Below, piece after piece: positions 45,272 to 55,737 of a stretch of 64,000 nt of DNA (positions within the stretch are counted from its first letter, which is position 1; each line of letters begins with the position of its first letter). Under the pieces are notes generated by a model that was not told where the DNA came from, made no database searches, and saw nothing but the letters and a program-made list of their open reading frames with translations. Source of the DNA: an uncultured Candidatus Saccharibacteria bacterium. Its GTDB lineage: Bacteria; Patescibacteriota; WWE3; UBA101185; UBA10185. The stretch is from contig CAYLMU010000001.1 of the NCBI GenBank assembly GCA_964385105.1, positions 258,252 to 322,251 of the forward strand. Reading direction: 5' to 3'. The translations under genes and the position numbers were made by a program.

Positions 45272-46465
45272 ATGAAAAAAATATTAATTTTTGTACCCGA
45301 ATTTCCTGTGCTAACTGAAACTTTCATAGAGCGTGATATATCAAAGCTAATAGAACTGGGCAATCTTGATATTAATGTTTTGTTTATTAAAAAGGGTAAC
45401 GGTCAAATGTCAAAAAATGTTGAAGACCGTGCTTATTTAATAAATCTTACATATTTTGAAGCTTTGCTGTCACTTGGCTACTTTATTACACACTTTAGCA
45501 GTGTAGTTCAATCTTTTAAATTATGTTTAAGTGATAATACAAAGCTATTGCCAAATAGAGTATTTTTATTTTTAAAATGCCTTGGGTATACCAGGGTTTT
45601 TAGTAAGTACCATCCTGATGAAATTCATGCTCACTTTCTTTCTGACCCTTCTACAATTGGAATGGTTGCATCGATAATGTTAAATATTCCATTTAGTGTG
45701 AGTGCACATGCCAAAGATGTGCTAGTTAATCCGACGCTTCCAAAACAAAAGGCACAAAGAGCAAAATTTATAACATTGTGTAATAAAAATGCCTATACAC
45801 GGGCAATTGAGCTAACACAAAATGAATCCAAAATACACTTAAATTATCATGGAGTTGACCCAAAAAAGCTTTTTTCGCAAAATTTTGAAAAAAAAGCTCA
45901 TGAACGACCGGTGATTTTTTTGGGAGGTACAAGGCTAGTTGAAAAAAAAGGTATTTTGTATGTTGTTGAAGCCTCAAAAACCTTAAAAGAGCGGGGAATA
46001 GCTCATCAAATGAGTGTTGTTGGTCCGGGGCCTCTTTTTGATGAAATAAAAGCCAAAATATCGGAATATGGGCTTGAAAATAACTTTTTTGTTCATGGAG
46101 ACGGTAAAGGTTTACCATTTGAAAAAGTGTCAGAATTGTATCTTGATGCAGACATATTTGTTTATGCCGGAATAAACACGTCCGAGGGTGATGCTGACGG
46201 CATACCAAATGTTTTAATCGAGGCAGCATTTGCAAAACTTCCAATAATTACAACAAATGCAGGCAGTATTTCAGAATTTGTTAATTCAAACAATGGAATC
46301 ATAATCCCGCAAAAAGATCCTTATGCCATAGCCGATTCTGTTGAAAGGTTAATATTTGATGAAGCTTTAAGAGTTGAACTAGGTAATAAAGTTTTTGAAA
46401 AGGCAAGTGCAATGTTTAACATAGAAAAAAATGTTAAAGAGTTAGAAGCACTTTTGTTAAAATAA
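45272..46465 (+). CDS. Glycosyltransferase family 4
   Basis: FPVLTETFI, HAHF, RLVEKKG, DGIPNVLIEA. Confidence 0.9.
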   Translation: MKKILIFVPEFPVLTETFIERDISKLIELGNLDINVLFIKKGNGQMSKNVEDRAYLINLTYFEALLSLGYFITHFSSVVQSFKLCLSDNTKLLPNRVFLFLKCLGYTRVFSKYHPDEIHAHFLSDPSTIGMVASIMLNIPFSVSAHAKDVLVNPTLPKQKAQRAKFITLCNKNAYTRAIELTQNESKIHLNYHGVDPKKLFSQNFEKKAHERPVIFLGGTRLVEKKGILYVVEASKTLKERGIAHQMSVVGPGPLFDEIKAKISEYGLENNFFVHGDGKGLPFEKVSELYLDADIFVYAGINTSEGDADGIPNVLIEAAFAKLPIITTNAGSISEFVNSNNGIIIPQKDPYAIADSVERLIFDEALRVELGNKVFEKASAMFNIEKNVKELEALLLK

Positions 46466-46468
46466 ATC

Positions 46469-47662
46469 ATGCGCATTGCTGTTTTTATTAAAAACACAAC
46501 ACATCATCAAAGTTATGGCGGTTTTGAAACCCAAAACAAAATTTTATGTGAAGGGCTTTCTGCGCGTGGTCATGAAGTTATAGTTTTTTCACCAAAAAAA
46601 GAACTCACAACAGAAAAAATAAGAGAGAACGGGGTAGAATACGTGTTTATTGACTGTATATTCAAAAAATTCAATCTTTTATATGAAAAAAGTGATAAAT
46701 CATGGCAGAATCGCTCTTATAAAACTTTTACGCAATTTCACAACCAAAGTAAATTTGATGTGATAATAAGCCAGAGTAGTTGGGGTTTGGGTGTAATTAA
46801 AAGAAAAGATGTTCATAAAGTTCCTGTTGTTTCAGTTTCACACGGGAGCAAAATAGGAGAATATAAAACCCGCATTCAAAGCGCAGTTTCAATAAAAGAC
46901 TACATTAGAATTGCAATTGATATTCCTCATGTGTTGTATGCTTTTTTTGTTACTCAAAGACGATTTCTTCATGGTTCCGACAATGTTGTAGCAGTGTCCA
47001 GTTCGGTAAAAAAACAAATTGTATCTGAAGCTTTTTTGCCGGAGCAAAAAGTAGTTGTAATTCATAACGGAATACATCCGCCATCAATAAACCTTAATTT
47101 GCAAAAAAACAGTAACAATGTGGAAATTTTGTATGTGGGAAGAATTCTTAGAGAAAAAGGTTTGTTTGCTTTGGTCGATGTTTTGGAAAAACTAATTAGT
47201 TTGGATTTAGAAGTAAATTTGAATTTGGTGGGAGAGGGCAATGACACTGAAGCACTTAAAAAATATGTGAGTGACAAAAGTCTTATTAAATATATTAATT
47301 TAGAGGGTAAATTGTCGTACACTGATGTTATAAACAGAATGGCACAGGCTGATATTTTTGTGTTACCTTCACTTAGGGTTGAAGGGTTTCCTATGACTAT
47401 TGTTGAAGCAATGTTTGCCGGATTGCCTGTTGTGGCATCCGATATAGGAGGAAATGCGGATGCGGTTGTTGATGGGGATACAGGATATTTGGTTGAGCCG
47501 GGCAATGTAGACTCACTTACAGAAAAACTTGAGCAATTAGTAAAAAACAAGGATGAAAGGTTGAGAATGGGTAAAAATGCACAAAATAAAGCTCAAAGTG
47601 AATTTACACAAGATATAATGATAGATAAGTATTTATCTGTTTTAACCGGAGTTATGAAATGA
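46469..47662 (+). CDS. Glycosyltransferase family 4
   Basis: VIHNG, YVGRILREKG, EGFPMTIVEAM..GLPVVASDIGG. Confidence 0.92.
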   Translation: MRIAVFIKNTTHHQSYGGFETQNKILCEGLSARGHEVIVFSPKKELTTEKIRENGVEYVFIDCIFKKFNLLYEKSDKSWQNRSYKTFTQFHNQSKFDVIISQSSWGLGVIKRKDVHKVPVVSVSHGSKIGEYKTRIQSAVSIKDYIRIAIDIPHVLYAFFVTQRRFLHGSDNVVAVSSSVKKQIVSEAFLPEQKVVVIHNGIHPPSINLNLQKNSNNVEILYVGRILREKGLFALVDVLEKLISLDLEVNLNLVGEGNDTEALKKYVSDKSLIKYINLEGKLSYTDVINRMAQADIFVLPSLRVEGFPMTIVEAMFAGLPVVASDIGGNADAVVDGDTGYLVEPGNVDSLTEKLEQLVKNKDERLRMGKNAQNKAQSEFTQDIMIDKYLSVLTGVMK

Positions 47663-48855
47663 AAATAGTTAGAGTAATTTATGACTGGCCTCCACCATGG
47701 TATGGTCTGTCACCACATCCTTACGAGCTTACACTGGCTCAGGTAAAAGCAGGGCATGAGGTTGAAGTGTTTTGTGGCCGCTGGCCAAAAGCCGGCCCTG
47801 TGGAAACTTTTGACGGCGTAAATGTGCATGCTTATATGCGTGAGCCCTTTAAAGGATTAATTTTTTTTACTACAGCTTTGTTGGCATTTTTTGGTTTTCG
47901 TAAATGGAAGAAAAGAAACACCTATGATATTTTGCATGTACATGGGCATATGGGGATTTGGTTCTTTTTGCATAGGCATTTGTTAAAAAAATATAAAAAA
48001 AACTCACCGCAGCTTAAAATCCCGCTTGTTGCACATTTTCACAATACTATTGAGGGACGAAAACATGCACTACTGGAAAAAGGTGAAACTCCAAGCTTTA
48101 TATCAAGCAAACTGGAATGGCCATTGGCAAGATATTCAGATATGCTGGCTGTAAAAAATGCTGATGCGCTAATTTTTGCAGGAGAAGAAATAAAGGATGA
48201 AGCAATTAAATATTATGGAGCTGATGCAAATAAGTGTTACGTTGTTGAGTCGGGTGTAAATACTGATGAATTTCATTCTGTAGGGGCTGAAGAAAAAGGT
48301 AAAACGCGCAGTGAACTGGGTTTTGACCATACCGACATAGTAGTTTTAAATCACGGGTATATGGTTGAACGAAAAAACATACATTCATTGGTTGAAGCAT
48401 TTAAATACTTGCCCGAACAATACCGTTTGTTTTTGGTGGGTCCGTTTGATAGCGATGATTATAGATTTAAGATAAATACGTTAATTGAAGAAAATAAACT
48501 ACAAGAAAAAGTCACTATGACGGGGTATGTACCTTATCCCGAAACACCTATTGCTTTTCAGGCTTCTGATTTGTTTGTTTTACCGTCGTCGTTTGAAGGT
48601 GTACCTAAGGTGGTAATGCAAAGCCTTTCATGCGGTGTGCCGGCACTGGTATCAGGTTTTAGGCTAAATGAAGAAATTCAAGGTTTGAAATACCTTGATA
48701 CACAAGATCCAAAAGAAATTGCAGATCAAATAGTTAATACTTTTACCAATTATCCGGCTGTAGATGTTGCAAAAGTGCAAAGTCTTTACTCATGGAAAAC
48801 AAGAGCCAGATTAATAGATGAAATTTATGCATCTCTTAAACAAAATATATCTTAA
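47659..48855 (+). CDS. Glycosyltransferase family 4
   Basis: HVHGH, ESGVN, ERKNI, FVLPSSFEGVPKVVMQSL. Confidence 0.88.
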   Translation: MKIVRVIYDWPPPWYGLSPHPYELTLAQVKAGHEVEVFCGRWPKAGPVETFDGVNVHAYMREPFKGLIFFTTALLAFFGFRKWKKRNTYDILHVHGHMGIWFFLHRHLLKKYKKNSPQLKIPLVAHFHNTIEGRKHALLEKGETPSFISSKLEWPLARYSDMLAVKNADALIFAGEEIKDEAIKYYGADANKCYVVESGVNTDEFHSVGAEEKGKTRSELGFDHTDIVVLNHGYMVERKNIHSLVEAFKYLPEQYRLFLVGPFDSDDYRFKINTLIEENKLQEKVTMTGYVPYPETPIAFQASDLFVLPSSFEGVPKVVMQSLSCGVPALVSGFRLNEEIQGLKYLDTQDPKEIADQIVNTFTNYPAVDVAKVQSLYSWKTRARLIDEIYASLKQNIS

Positions 48856-50401
48856 TTTAAAGCCTATTCACATTTTTGCGTTGTTTGTGTTTTTTCATTT
48901 GCTCTTGCTGAATTTCAATGCTGCTGAATGGGGTGATAGTTATAGGATTCTTCGAGCTACGGAGTTTATTAAAAACGATTTTACTTACCCTGAAGATGAA
49001 AAAAGACCACCATTATATTCGCTGGTTTTGGCATTTAGGCCTCAAAATATTGATGCAGTGCTGTGGGGGCGTCTTACAATGTTTGTTGTTAGTATTTTAG
49101 CCTTTGTGGTTTTTTATAGACTTTTGCAAAAAATTTTTCCGGACGACCTGAAAAAACAGCTACTTGGATTGCTTTTATTCACATTAAATCCCGTTTATCT
49201 ATATTGGTCTATAAGAATTATGTCGGATGTGTTTTTTTCGCTTATTATACTTACGGGTATTTATTATTACGAAAGTTATAAACACAAAATTAGGCCGAAA
49301 AACGCAGTTGTATTAGGTATTTTAGCGGGATTAGCAATTCTCACACGTTTTGAAGGTTTTATATTGTTTGGGGCTTTTGGTCTGGGATTGTTATATACAG
49401 AATCTTTCAATCTCAAAAAATTTACCCGACAAATAGCAAAAAATCTGAAAACTTTATTTTTTTACGTTATTTCAGCGTTTGCGGTACTTTTACCTTATTG
49501 GCTTTATAGAAACCCGCTTGATTCAACGTATTTTGAGGAACCTGCAAGCCGAACTTATGATTTAAATACAATTTTAATATTTCTAGGTTCGTTATTTTTT
49601 GTATTTGGATTTGTTTATGCATTTTATTTTATATTCCAAAATCGCCGGTCGGTTATTAAATTTTTATCAAGTCACATCGCAATATCTGCTTTTATTTTTG
49701 TTGAGCTTATATTAATACTTGCATGGCCTGCAGCAATTCCAAGGTTATTTGTACCTATAATACCTTTTTTAATAATTATTCTGGCTGATTCTATAATCGA
49801 ATTCTTTTTTAACAATACGCAAAATAAAATAAAAATACATGATGTAATACTGCTTGGGTTTTTATTGATAGCTTTTTTGGGAATTCAATATGTTTATAAG
49901 TTGCAATTTCTCATTTTAATCAAGCCGGTTCTGGGAGCTGTGGTAGTATTGTCAGTCTTTCAGGCTTTAGCTATATACAAAAAAAATTATAACCTCTTTT
50001 TGTTTTTGCTTATTCCCATTTTAACACTTTGGTCGTTTGCAACCATTTATATCCACAAAGATATTTTTGCCGTAATAAAAGAAGCAAATGTTTATGTGAT
50101 AAATAATCTTGAGGGAAGAGTGGGATATAATGACATAAGTAGCGTATCCGATTGGTATTTAAATCAGCGCAATAAAAACGATGACGTTGAAGGATTTTAC
50201 TATGACCTCACAAATCGTTCTAATCGAACGTATGAGAAGCTTATTGAAAACAATGTAGATTATATAACTGTCACCAATGAACACAATACAACAACAGAAC
50301 TTGACTTAGACGATTGGGAACACCTTGAAGTGATTAAAGAATTTAAAAAAGAAATTAACGGGAAAGAGTTTTGGACAAGAATTATTAAGTTTAACAAGTA
50401 G
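48818..50401 (+). CDS. GT-C fold (PMT/ArnT-like) membrane glycosyltransferase
   Basis: TM1 then EWGDS, KRPPLY, IMSDV, LAILTRFEG; >10 TMs. Confidence 0.75.
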   Translation: MKFMHLLNKIYLNLKPIHIFALFVFFHLLLLNFNAAEWGDSYRILRATEFIKNDFTYPEDEKRPPLYSLVLAFRPQNIDAVLWGRLTMFVVSILAFVVFYRLLQKIFPDDLKKQLLGLLLFTLNPVYLYWSIRIMSDVFFSLIILTGIYYYESYKHKIRPKNAVVLGILAGLAILTRFEGFILFGAFGLGLLYTESFNLKKFTRQIAKNLKTLFFYVISAFAVLLPYWLYRNPLDSTYFEEPASRTYDLNTILIFLGSLFFVFGFVYAFYFIFQNRRSVIKFLSSHIAISAFIFVELILILAWPAAIPRLFVPIIPFLIIILADSIIEFFFNNTQNKIKIHDVILLGFLLIAFLGIQYVYKLQFLILIKPVLGAVVVLSVFQALAIYKKNYNLFLFLLIPILTLWSFATIYIHKDIFAVIKEANVYVINNLEGRVGYNDISSVSDWYLNQRNKNDDVEGFYYDLTNRSNRTYEKLIENNVDYITVTNEHNTTTELDLDDWEHLEVIKEFKKEINGKEFWTRIIKFNK

Positions 50402-50418
50402 GGTATAATTATTTAGAT

Positions 50419-51111
50419 ATGAAATTGTCCATTGTTATGCCGGTTTATAATGAAAAAGACACTTTGGTCAAAATACTTGATTTAATTCAAGATGTAAACT
50501 TAGGTGAAGTAGAAAAAGAAGTTGTTTTAGTTGATGATGCTTCAACTGACGGAACTACAGAAATATTAAAAAAGTTAAGCAACGAGAATCCGCAATATAA
50601 GGTTATTTTCAAACAAACAAACGAAGGAAAAGGTTTTGCACTTAGAGACGGGTTTAAGGTATCAACTGGTAATTATGTAATAGTTCAGGATGCAGATTTG
50701 GAATATGATCCCAATGACTATGTAAAATTGCTAAATGCGTTAAATACACAAAATGTTGATGTTGTTTATGGCTCACGTTTTTCGGGAAATTATAAGGATA
50801 TGTCGAGTTTGCACTATGTAGGTAATAAATTTCTGACTTTTGCTACAAATATATTGTATGGCGTTAAACTCACAGATATGGAAACTTGTTATAAGTTAAT
50901 TCCGGGGGATTTTATTAGAAATATGGAAATAAAAGCAGCAAGATTTAATTTTGAGCCCGAGATTACGGCAAAAATTTTAAAATCGGGAATGAATATTGGC
51001 GAGGTTTCCATAAACTATCACGGACGTTCACATGCCGAAGGTAAAAAAATTACCTGGAGAGACGGAATTTCGGCATTATGGACACTTATAAAATTTAGAT
51101 TCACAAACTAA
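50419..51111 (+). CDS. Polyprenyl-phosphate glycosyltransferase GT2 (DPM1-like)
   Basis: MPVYNE, VDDASTDGT, QDADLEYDP, VYGSRF, TDMETCYK, FEPEIT, EGKKITWRDG. Confidence 0.92.
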   Translation: MKLSIVMPVYNEKDTLVKILDLIQDVNLGEVEKEVVLVDDASTDGTTEILKKLSNENPQYKVIFKQTNEGKGFALRDGFKVSTGNYVIVQDADLEYDPNDYVKLLNALNTQNVDVVYGSRFSGNYKDMSSLHYVGNKFLTFATNILYGVKLTDMETCYKLIPGDFIRNMEIKAARFNFEPEITAKILKSGMNIGEVSINYHGRSHAEGKKITWRDGISALWTLIKFRFTN

Positions 51112-53252
51112 TGAAAAATATATTCATAAAATTTAGGGAAAATTTTTTTGTTATTGCGCTTTTGTGTTTCATGTTAGGAGTGTTTGCAATCTCTGTAAGA
51201 ATAAACCTTTTTAGGTATAACAACTTTGATTATGGAAAATTTGACCTTGGTAATATGACCCAAATGGTGTGGAATACTTTACACGGAAGAGTTCTTTACA
51301 TGACTGATTATTTTGGAACAAATCTTCCTCGATGGTCAATGAGCCATGTTGACCCTATTTTACTTGTTTTTGTGCCGGTCTTTGCTTTGTTTCAGCATCC
51401 GTTGACTTTAGTTTTTTCACAAATAATACTTGTTTTGCTTTCTGCTCTAATAATTTATAAGATTGCTCTTTTGGAACTTAAGTCTAAATTTGCTGCGATG
51501 GCTTTTGGCTTGTCATTTTTGCTATATCCGGCTGTAGGATTTTTAATTGCATGGACAGGGTTTCATGGAGTAACCGCTGTTATACCGTTTTTCTTGCTGG
51601 CTTTTTACACTTTTGAAAAGATGTTTCACACAAAAAACTTTACTCGTCGTGGTGTTATTTTGTTTTGGATCTTTTTGATTCTAACTATGATGGGTAAAGA
51701 GCAGCTTCCGTTATATATTGTGATGTATGGGTTTTTTATAATTTTATTTAGGTTTGTTGAGCCTCTGCCTTTCCCGTCATGGGAAAATCTAAGTTCATGG
51801 TTTAAAGGCCTGTGGAAACACATAAATGTGAGAATTGGAACTGCCATGGTAATTGTTGGACTATTGTGGTTTTATATAGCTTTTTTTGTTGTAATTCCGG
51901 CATATTCTGATTTACGTGCACAGGGGTTTCAAAAATTTGCTGAAACCATGCGTATAGATCCCGATTCAGTAAGAGATGTAGATAGTGATAATTATTTTAT
52001 TAGTCGGTATGAGGCTTTCGGCGATACTTACACTGAGGTAATCTGGGGAATGATTACACATCCTAAAGAATTAGTGCTAATAAGTTTAGGTGGAGACAAA
52101 CCCGACAATTTAAAAAAGACTCTTGAGCCTATGATGTACACTTCTGTACTATATCCGCCGCTTTTTATAATTGCATTTCCGGACTTTTTAATTAATTATG
52201 CTACTTCTGCGGGGGGAATCGGTACTTCTGAAATTATAAATCATAGAATTTCTATGATTGTGCCTGTAGTTTTTATATCAAGTATTTATTCGATAGGGTT
52301 ATTGGCATATCTGGCATCCTCAATAACAAAACTCGACAAACGCTATTTAGTAATTGGCTTGTCGGGAGCTGTGTTGCTTGGAAATATTTATACTACCTTT
52401 CAATATAATAATCCTATTTATTTGTGGTTAACACAGGCCGTATCAAAAAGAATTCCTGTTTTGGCCAAGTCTGATACACAGATAATAAAAGAAAATATTG
52501 AAATAGGTGACAGGTTTACGCTTTCAAAACTGGAAACAAAAGATCGGGAATGTGCGGAAAAAATAGTTAGGATGATTCCTGATGATGCGTCGGTGTCAGG
52601 ACCTGATTATTTAGGTGCGCATTTATCAATGAGAGAAACTTATGCTATATTCCCAGCTTTATACAACGAAGCTGATTACGTGATTGTTGATGTTTTTTCA
52701 CAAAAAATCCTAAGAATTCTTGATGCTGATTTAACCTTAGTGCGTGACGTGGTATCTGACATTATAAAAGCTGAAGATTACGGCTTTAAACTTGGCTGCG
52801 GAAATCTTTTTGTCTTTGAAAAAACTCCAAATGCATCAAAATCAATGTTATTACCGCTTCAAGAAAGATATCAGTATGAGGAGCAGGTTAATTTGGAAAT
52901 ATTTGAAAGTCTAACAGTGGTAGATTATGAATTTCCTCAAGAAATGAAGAAAAACACTGTTTATGATGCTCAAATTGTGTATGTAAAAAAAGAAGAAAAA
53001 CGACTTGATGACTACGTATTATTTTTAACATTTATTAACAGCGAGTCGGGAGAAATTTATCAGGTGGCAAACTTACCTTCATTTGCATTAAACCAACTTC
53101 GAAATTGGCCTGAAGATATGTACTTTATTGAAAATCTGCAAATTGCGCCGCCTGAATTTTTAGCCACAGGTACTTATAAAGTTTTTATCGGTATGTCAAA
53201 CGAAATTAGAACCAGAAGTATTTATTTAGGCGATGCAGAAATTGTACAATGA
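51111..53252 (+). CDS. DUF2079-like GT-C membrane protein with C-terminal soluble domain
   Basis: FDLGNMTQMVWNTLHG, HVDPIL, GFHGV, GKEQ, IPDDASVS, AHLSMRE. Confidence 0.75.
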   Translation: MKNIFIKFRENFFVIALLCFMLGVFAISVRINLFRYNNFDYGKFDLGNMTQMVWNTLHGRVLYMTDYFGTNLPRWSMSHVDPILLVFVPVFALFQHPLTLVFSQIILVLLSALIIYKIALLELKSKFAAMAFGLSFLLYPAVGFLIAWTGFHGVTAVIPFFLLAFYTFEKMFHTKNFTRRGVILFWIFLILTMMGKEQLPLYIVMYGFFIILFRFVEPLPFPSWENLSSWFKGLWKHINVRIGTAMVIVGLLWFYIAFFVVIPAYSDLRAQGFQKFAETMRIDPDSVRDVDSDNYFISRYEAFGDTYTEVIWGMITHPKELVLISLGGDKPDNLKKTLEPMMYTSVLYPPLFIIAFPDFLINYATSAGGIGTSEIINHRISMIVPVVFISSIYSIGLLAYLASSITKLDKRYLVIGLSGAVLLGNIYTTFQYNNPIYLWLTQAVSKRIPVLAKSDTQIIKENIEIGDRFTLSKLETKDRECAEKIVRMIPDDASVSGPDYLGAHLSMRETYAIFPALYNEADYVIVDVFSQKILRILDADLTLVRDVVSDIIKAEDYGFKLGCGNLFVFEKTPNASKSMLLPLQERYQYEEQVNLEIFESLTVVDYEFPQEMKKNTVYDAQIVYVKKEEKRLDDYVLFLTFINSESGEIYQVANLPSFALNQLRNWPEDMYFIENLQIAPPEFLATGTYKVFIGMSNEIRTRSIYLGDAEIVQ

Positions 53253-54802
53253 AAAGTTTAACGGCCTGGCAGTTTGTAAGTTTTGTTTCAAGAGGTGTGG
53301 CAAATGTTATTGGGCTTGTTCAGACATTTATTTTTGTAAGAATTCTCACTGTTTCGGAATATGGTTTAGTACAGCTTGCTGCTGCAGTTGGCGGAGCACT
53401 AGGAATTTATCAGCATTTAGGGCTGGCTTCAGGCAGTACGCGTGAGATATCATCAGCAAAAGATGATACTGAGATTTTTAAAATTTTTTTGACGTCAGTT
53501 TTTATTCGTTATCTTGTGGCAATTCCTTTGGCTATTTGGCTATTTGTTTATGCAGACAATATTGCTGTAGATCAGTATTCACAACCATCATTAATAACCC
53601 CGCTAAAAATATATGCTCTTGTTTTACCGATTCAAGGTATGCAAGGAATTCTTAACTCAGTGATTGCAGGTACAAAGCGGTTTAAGCAGTTATTTACTTA
53701 TCAGGCAACTGTACCGTTGGTGAGCATAATTTTGTATGTGGCATTAATTTATATTTATCGGGTTGACGGCTATTTTTATGCATTTTTTATATTTAACTTA
53801 ATTTCAACCATTGTGTTGTCATATATTGCATTTCGCCCGTTAAAAGGCAAACTCATGCTACCCTCAAAAGACGATTTTAAAAGATTGTTAAAAGAATTAT
53901 TTTCAATTAGTCTGGCAATTTATGTTGTAAAAATCGTATATACATGGTGGGAAAAAGCCGGCCCTTTACTGCTTGGGTTTGAGGTAACACCTGAACTTGT
54001 AGGTATTTTTACTTTCGCTCTTTTATTTTCAAAAAAAATAATTCAGGTTTCTGATGCGGTTACCGATATTAATCTTCCGGTGTTTTCTGAAAAATATGTT
54101 CAAAATATTGATGAATTTAAAGAAATGTTTATCAGAAACTTTAATAAAGTATTTGCATTTATTATTTTTGCAGCCACCAGTGCTGTTTTCTGGTCGAGTG
54201 AAATTGTATATTTATTCGGAGGTTCTAAGTATGATGGCGCTGTTCCTCTCATATTACCTCTTGTGTTTACTTTCACTTTTTACGCGTTTACTAATATTAT
54301 TAAATCAAGCATACTAATTCCTGCAAAATTTATTAAAGAAATGATATTCAGCTTTATTATCATGTTATTTGTTACTACCGGATTTTACTCATTATTTACC
54401 GAAGCAAATATTTTGGTTAGGTTAAGTGGAATGCTTGGAATTGAGCATTTAGAAAGTTTAGCCCTGCGATTGCCCAATTTTGCTGAAATCTATTCTTTAC
54501 CTCAACTGGATTACTTATCCGGTATGACATTTGGGTTGTTAGCAGGCTCGTTCTTGGGCTTTGTTTATATGGTAGTTTCATCACAATATAAGCTAAAAAT
54601 GAAATATATCGACCATTCTCATATTTTAGTATTACTTCAAAGTTTTATTATTTCTCTAACAAAAGATATTGGCACTTTCTGGCAGAAAATCCCGTTATAC
54701 ATAGTTTTTGTAGTTTTGTACATGGTTGGGATTTATATAGCTCAATTCATAACAAAGGATGATTTATTACTGCTCAAAAACAAATTGAGGAGATTTACAT
54801 AA
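53249..54802 (+). CDS. Wzx/MOP-family oligosaccharide flippase
   Basis: RILTVSEYG, LGLAS...REIS, VGIF; 12-14 TMs. Confidence 0.8.
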   Translation: MKSLTAWQFVSFVSRGVANVIGLVQTFIFVRILTVSEYGLVQLAAAVGGALGIYQHLGLASGSTREISSAKDDTEIFKIFLTSVFIRYLVAIPLAIWLFVYADNIAVDQYSQPSLITPLKIYALVLPIQGMQGILNSVIAGTKRFKQLFTYQATVPLVSIILYVALIYIYRVDGYFYAFFIFNLISTIVLSYIAFRPLKGKLMLPSKDDFKRLLKELFSISLAIYVVKIVYTWWEKAGPLLLGFEVTPELVGIFTFALLFSKKIIQVSDAVTDINLPVFSEKYVQNIDEFKEMFIRNFNKVFAFIIFAATSAVFWSSEIVYLFGGSKYDGAVPLILPLVFTFTFYAFTNIIKSSILIPAKFIKEMIFSFIIMLFVTTGFYSLFTEANILVRLSGMLGIEHLESLALRLPNFAEIYSLPQLDYLSGMTFGLLAGSFLGFVYMVVSSQYKLKMKYIDHSHILVLLQSFIISLTKDIGTFWQKIPLYIVFVVLYMVGIYIAQFITKDDLLLLKNKLRRFT

Positions 54803-55737
54803 TGAATAAAAAAGCGTTGCTAAAAGTTGTTATAAGTTCTGTTTTGCTGTTCATAACACTTAATAATGTTGACTTAGAACAATTGGTTCTAAATTTTAGG
54901 CAGTTCGAACTAATTTATATACCTTTGATTGTAGGGTTTTTATTGTTGAACTATGTTATCAGCTCGGTGAGATGGAAAAAACTTTTAATTTTTGAGAATT
55001 CACAAAAGGCTTCACTGTCGTATTTGATGAATTTATATTTTGTTGGGGCGTTTTTTAACAATTTCATGCCCACAAGCATTGGTGGGGATGTTTATAAAGT
55101 GTACAAATTAGGAAACAAAATAGGTAGCAAAGCAAATGCTTTTTCAGCCACATTTATGGAGCGATTCACAGGTATGGTGGCTTTAGTACTGATTTCATAC
55201 TTTGGTATTGTAAAAACCTGGAGTATTTGGCTATCTTTTTTACCCCAAGAAATTGCCCAAAGTAATTTATTGTTAACTATGTTTAAACTGATGATATTTT
55301 TAGGCTTTTGGGTCGGTGCCGTAGCTGCATTTGTGTTTTTGAAAATTTTGGCCAAAAAATCAAAGAAATTAAAAAAACTTTATGAATCAATAATGGTTTA
55401 TAAAAAAGAAAAAGAAGTTATGTTCTGGGCTTTTTTAACATCTTTTGTTGTACAGCTAATTTCTATTTTCACACAATTTTTTATATTTAAGGGGCTTAAC
55501 GTTGACATGAACATTTGGTATGCATTAGCAGTATTTCCTGTTATTACACTTGCAAGCTTTTTTATACCTTCTCTCAATGGAATCGGTGTTCAAGATGCAA
55601 TGTATAATCAGATTTTCACTGCTGGAGGTATAACTACAAGTACAATAGCTTTAAGCGCTTCAATTATTTATCATTTATTTAGATTATTTGTCAGTTTGAT
55701 TGGCGGATTTATTTATGCATTTAACAAAAATACTTAA
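54802..55737 (+). CDS. UPF0104 / lysylphosphatidylglycerol synthase TM-like (flippase-like) protein
   Basis: SSVRWKKLL, GAFFNNFMPTSIGGD..K, ER, IPSLNGIGVQD. Confidence 0.85.
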   Translation: MNKKALLKVVISSVLLFITLNNVDLEQLVLNFRQFELIYIPLIVGFLLLNYVISSVRWKKLLIFENSQKASLSYLMNLYFVGAFFNNFMPTSIGGDVYKVYKLGNKIGSKANAFSATFMERFTGMVALVLISYFGIVKTWSIWLSFLPQEIAQSNLLLTMFKLMIFLGFWVGAVAAFVFLKILAKKSKKLKKLYESIMVYKKEKEVMFWAFLTSFVVQLISIFTQFFIFKGLNVDMNIWYALAVFPVITLASFFIPSLNGIGVQDAMYNQIFTAGGITTSTIALSASIIYHLFRLFVSLIGGFIYAFNKNT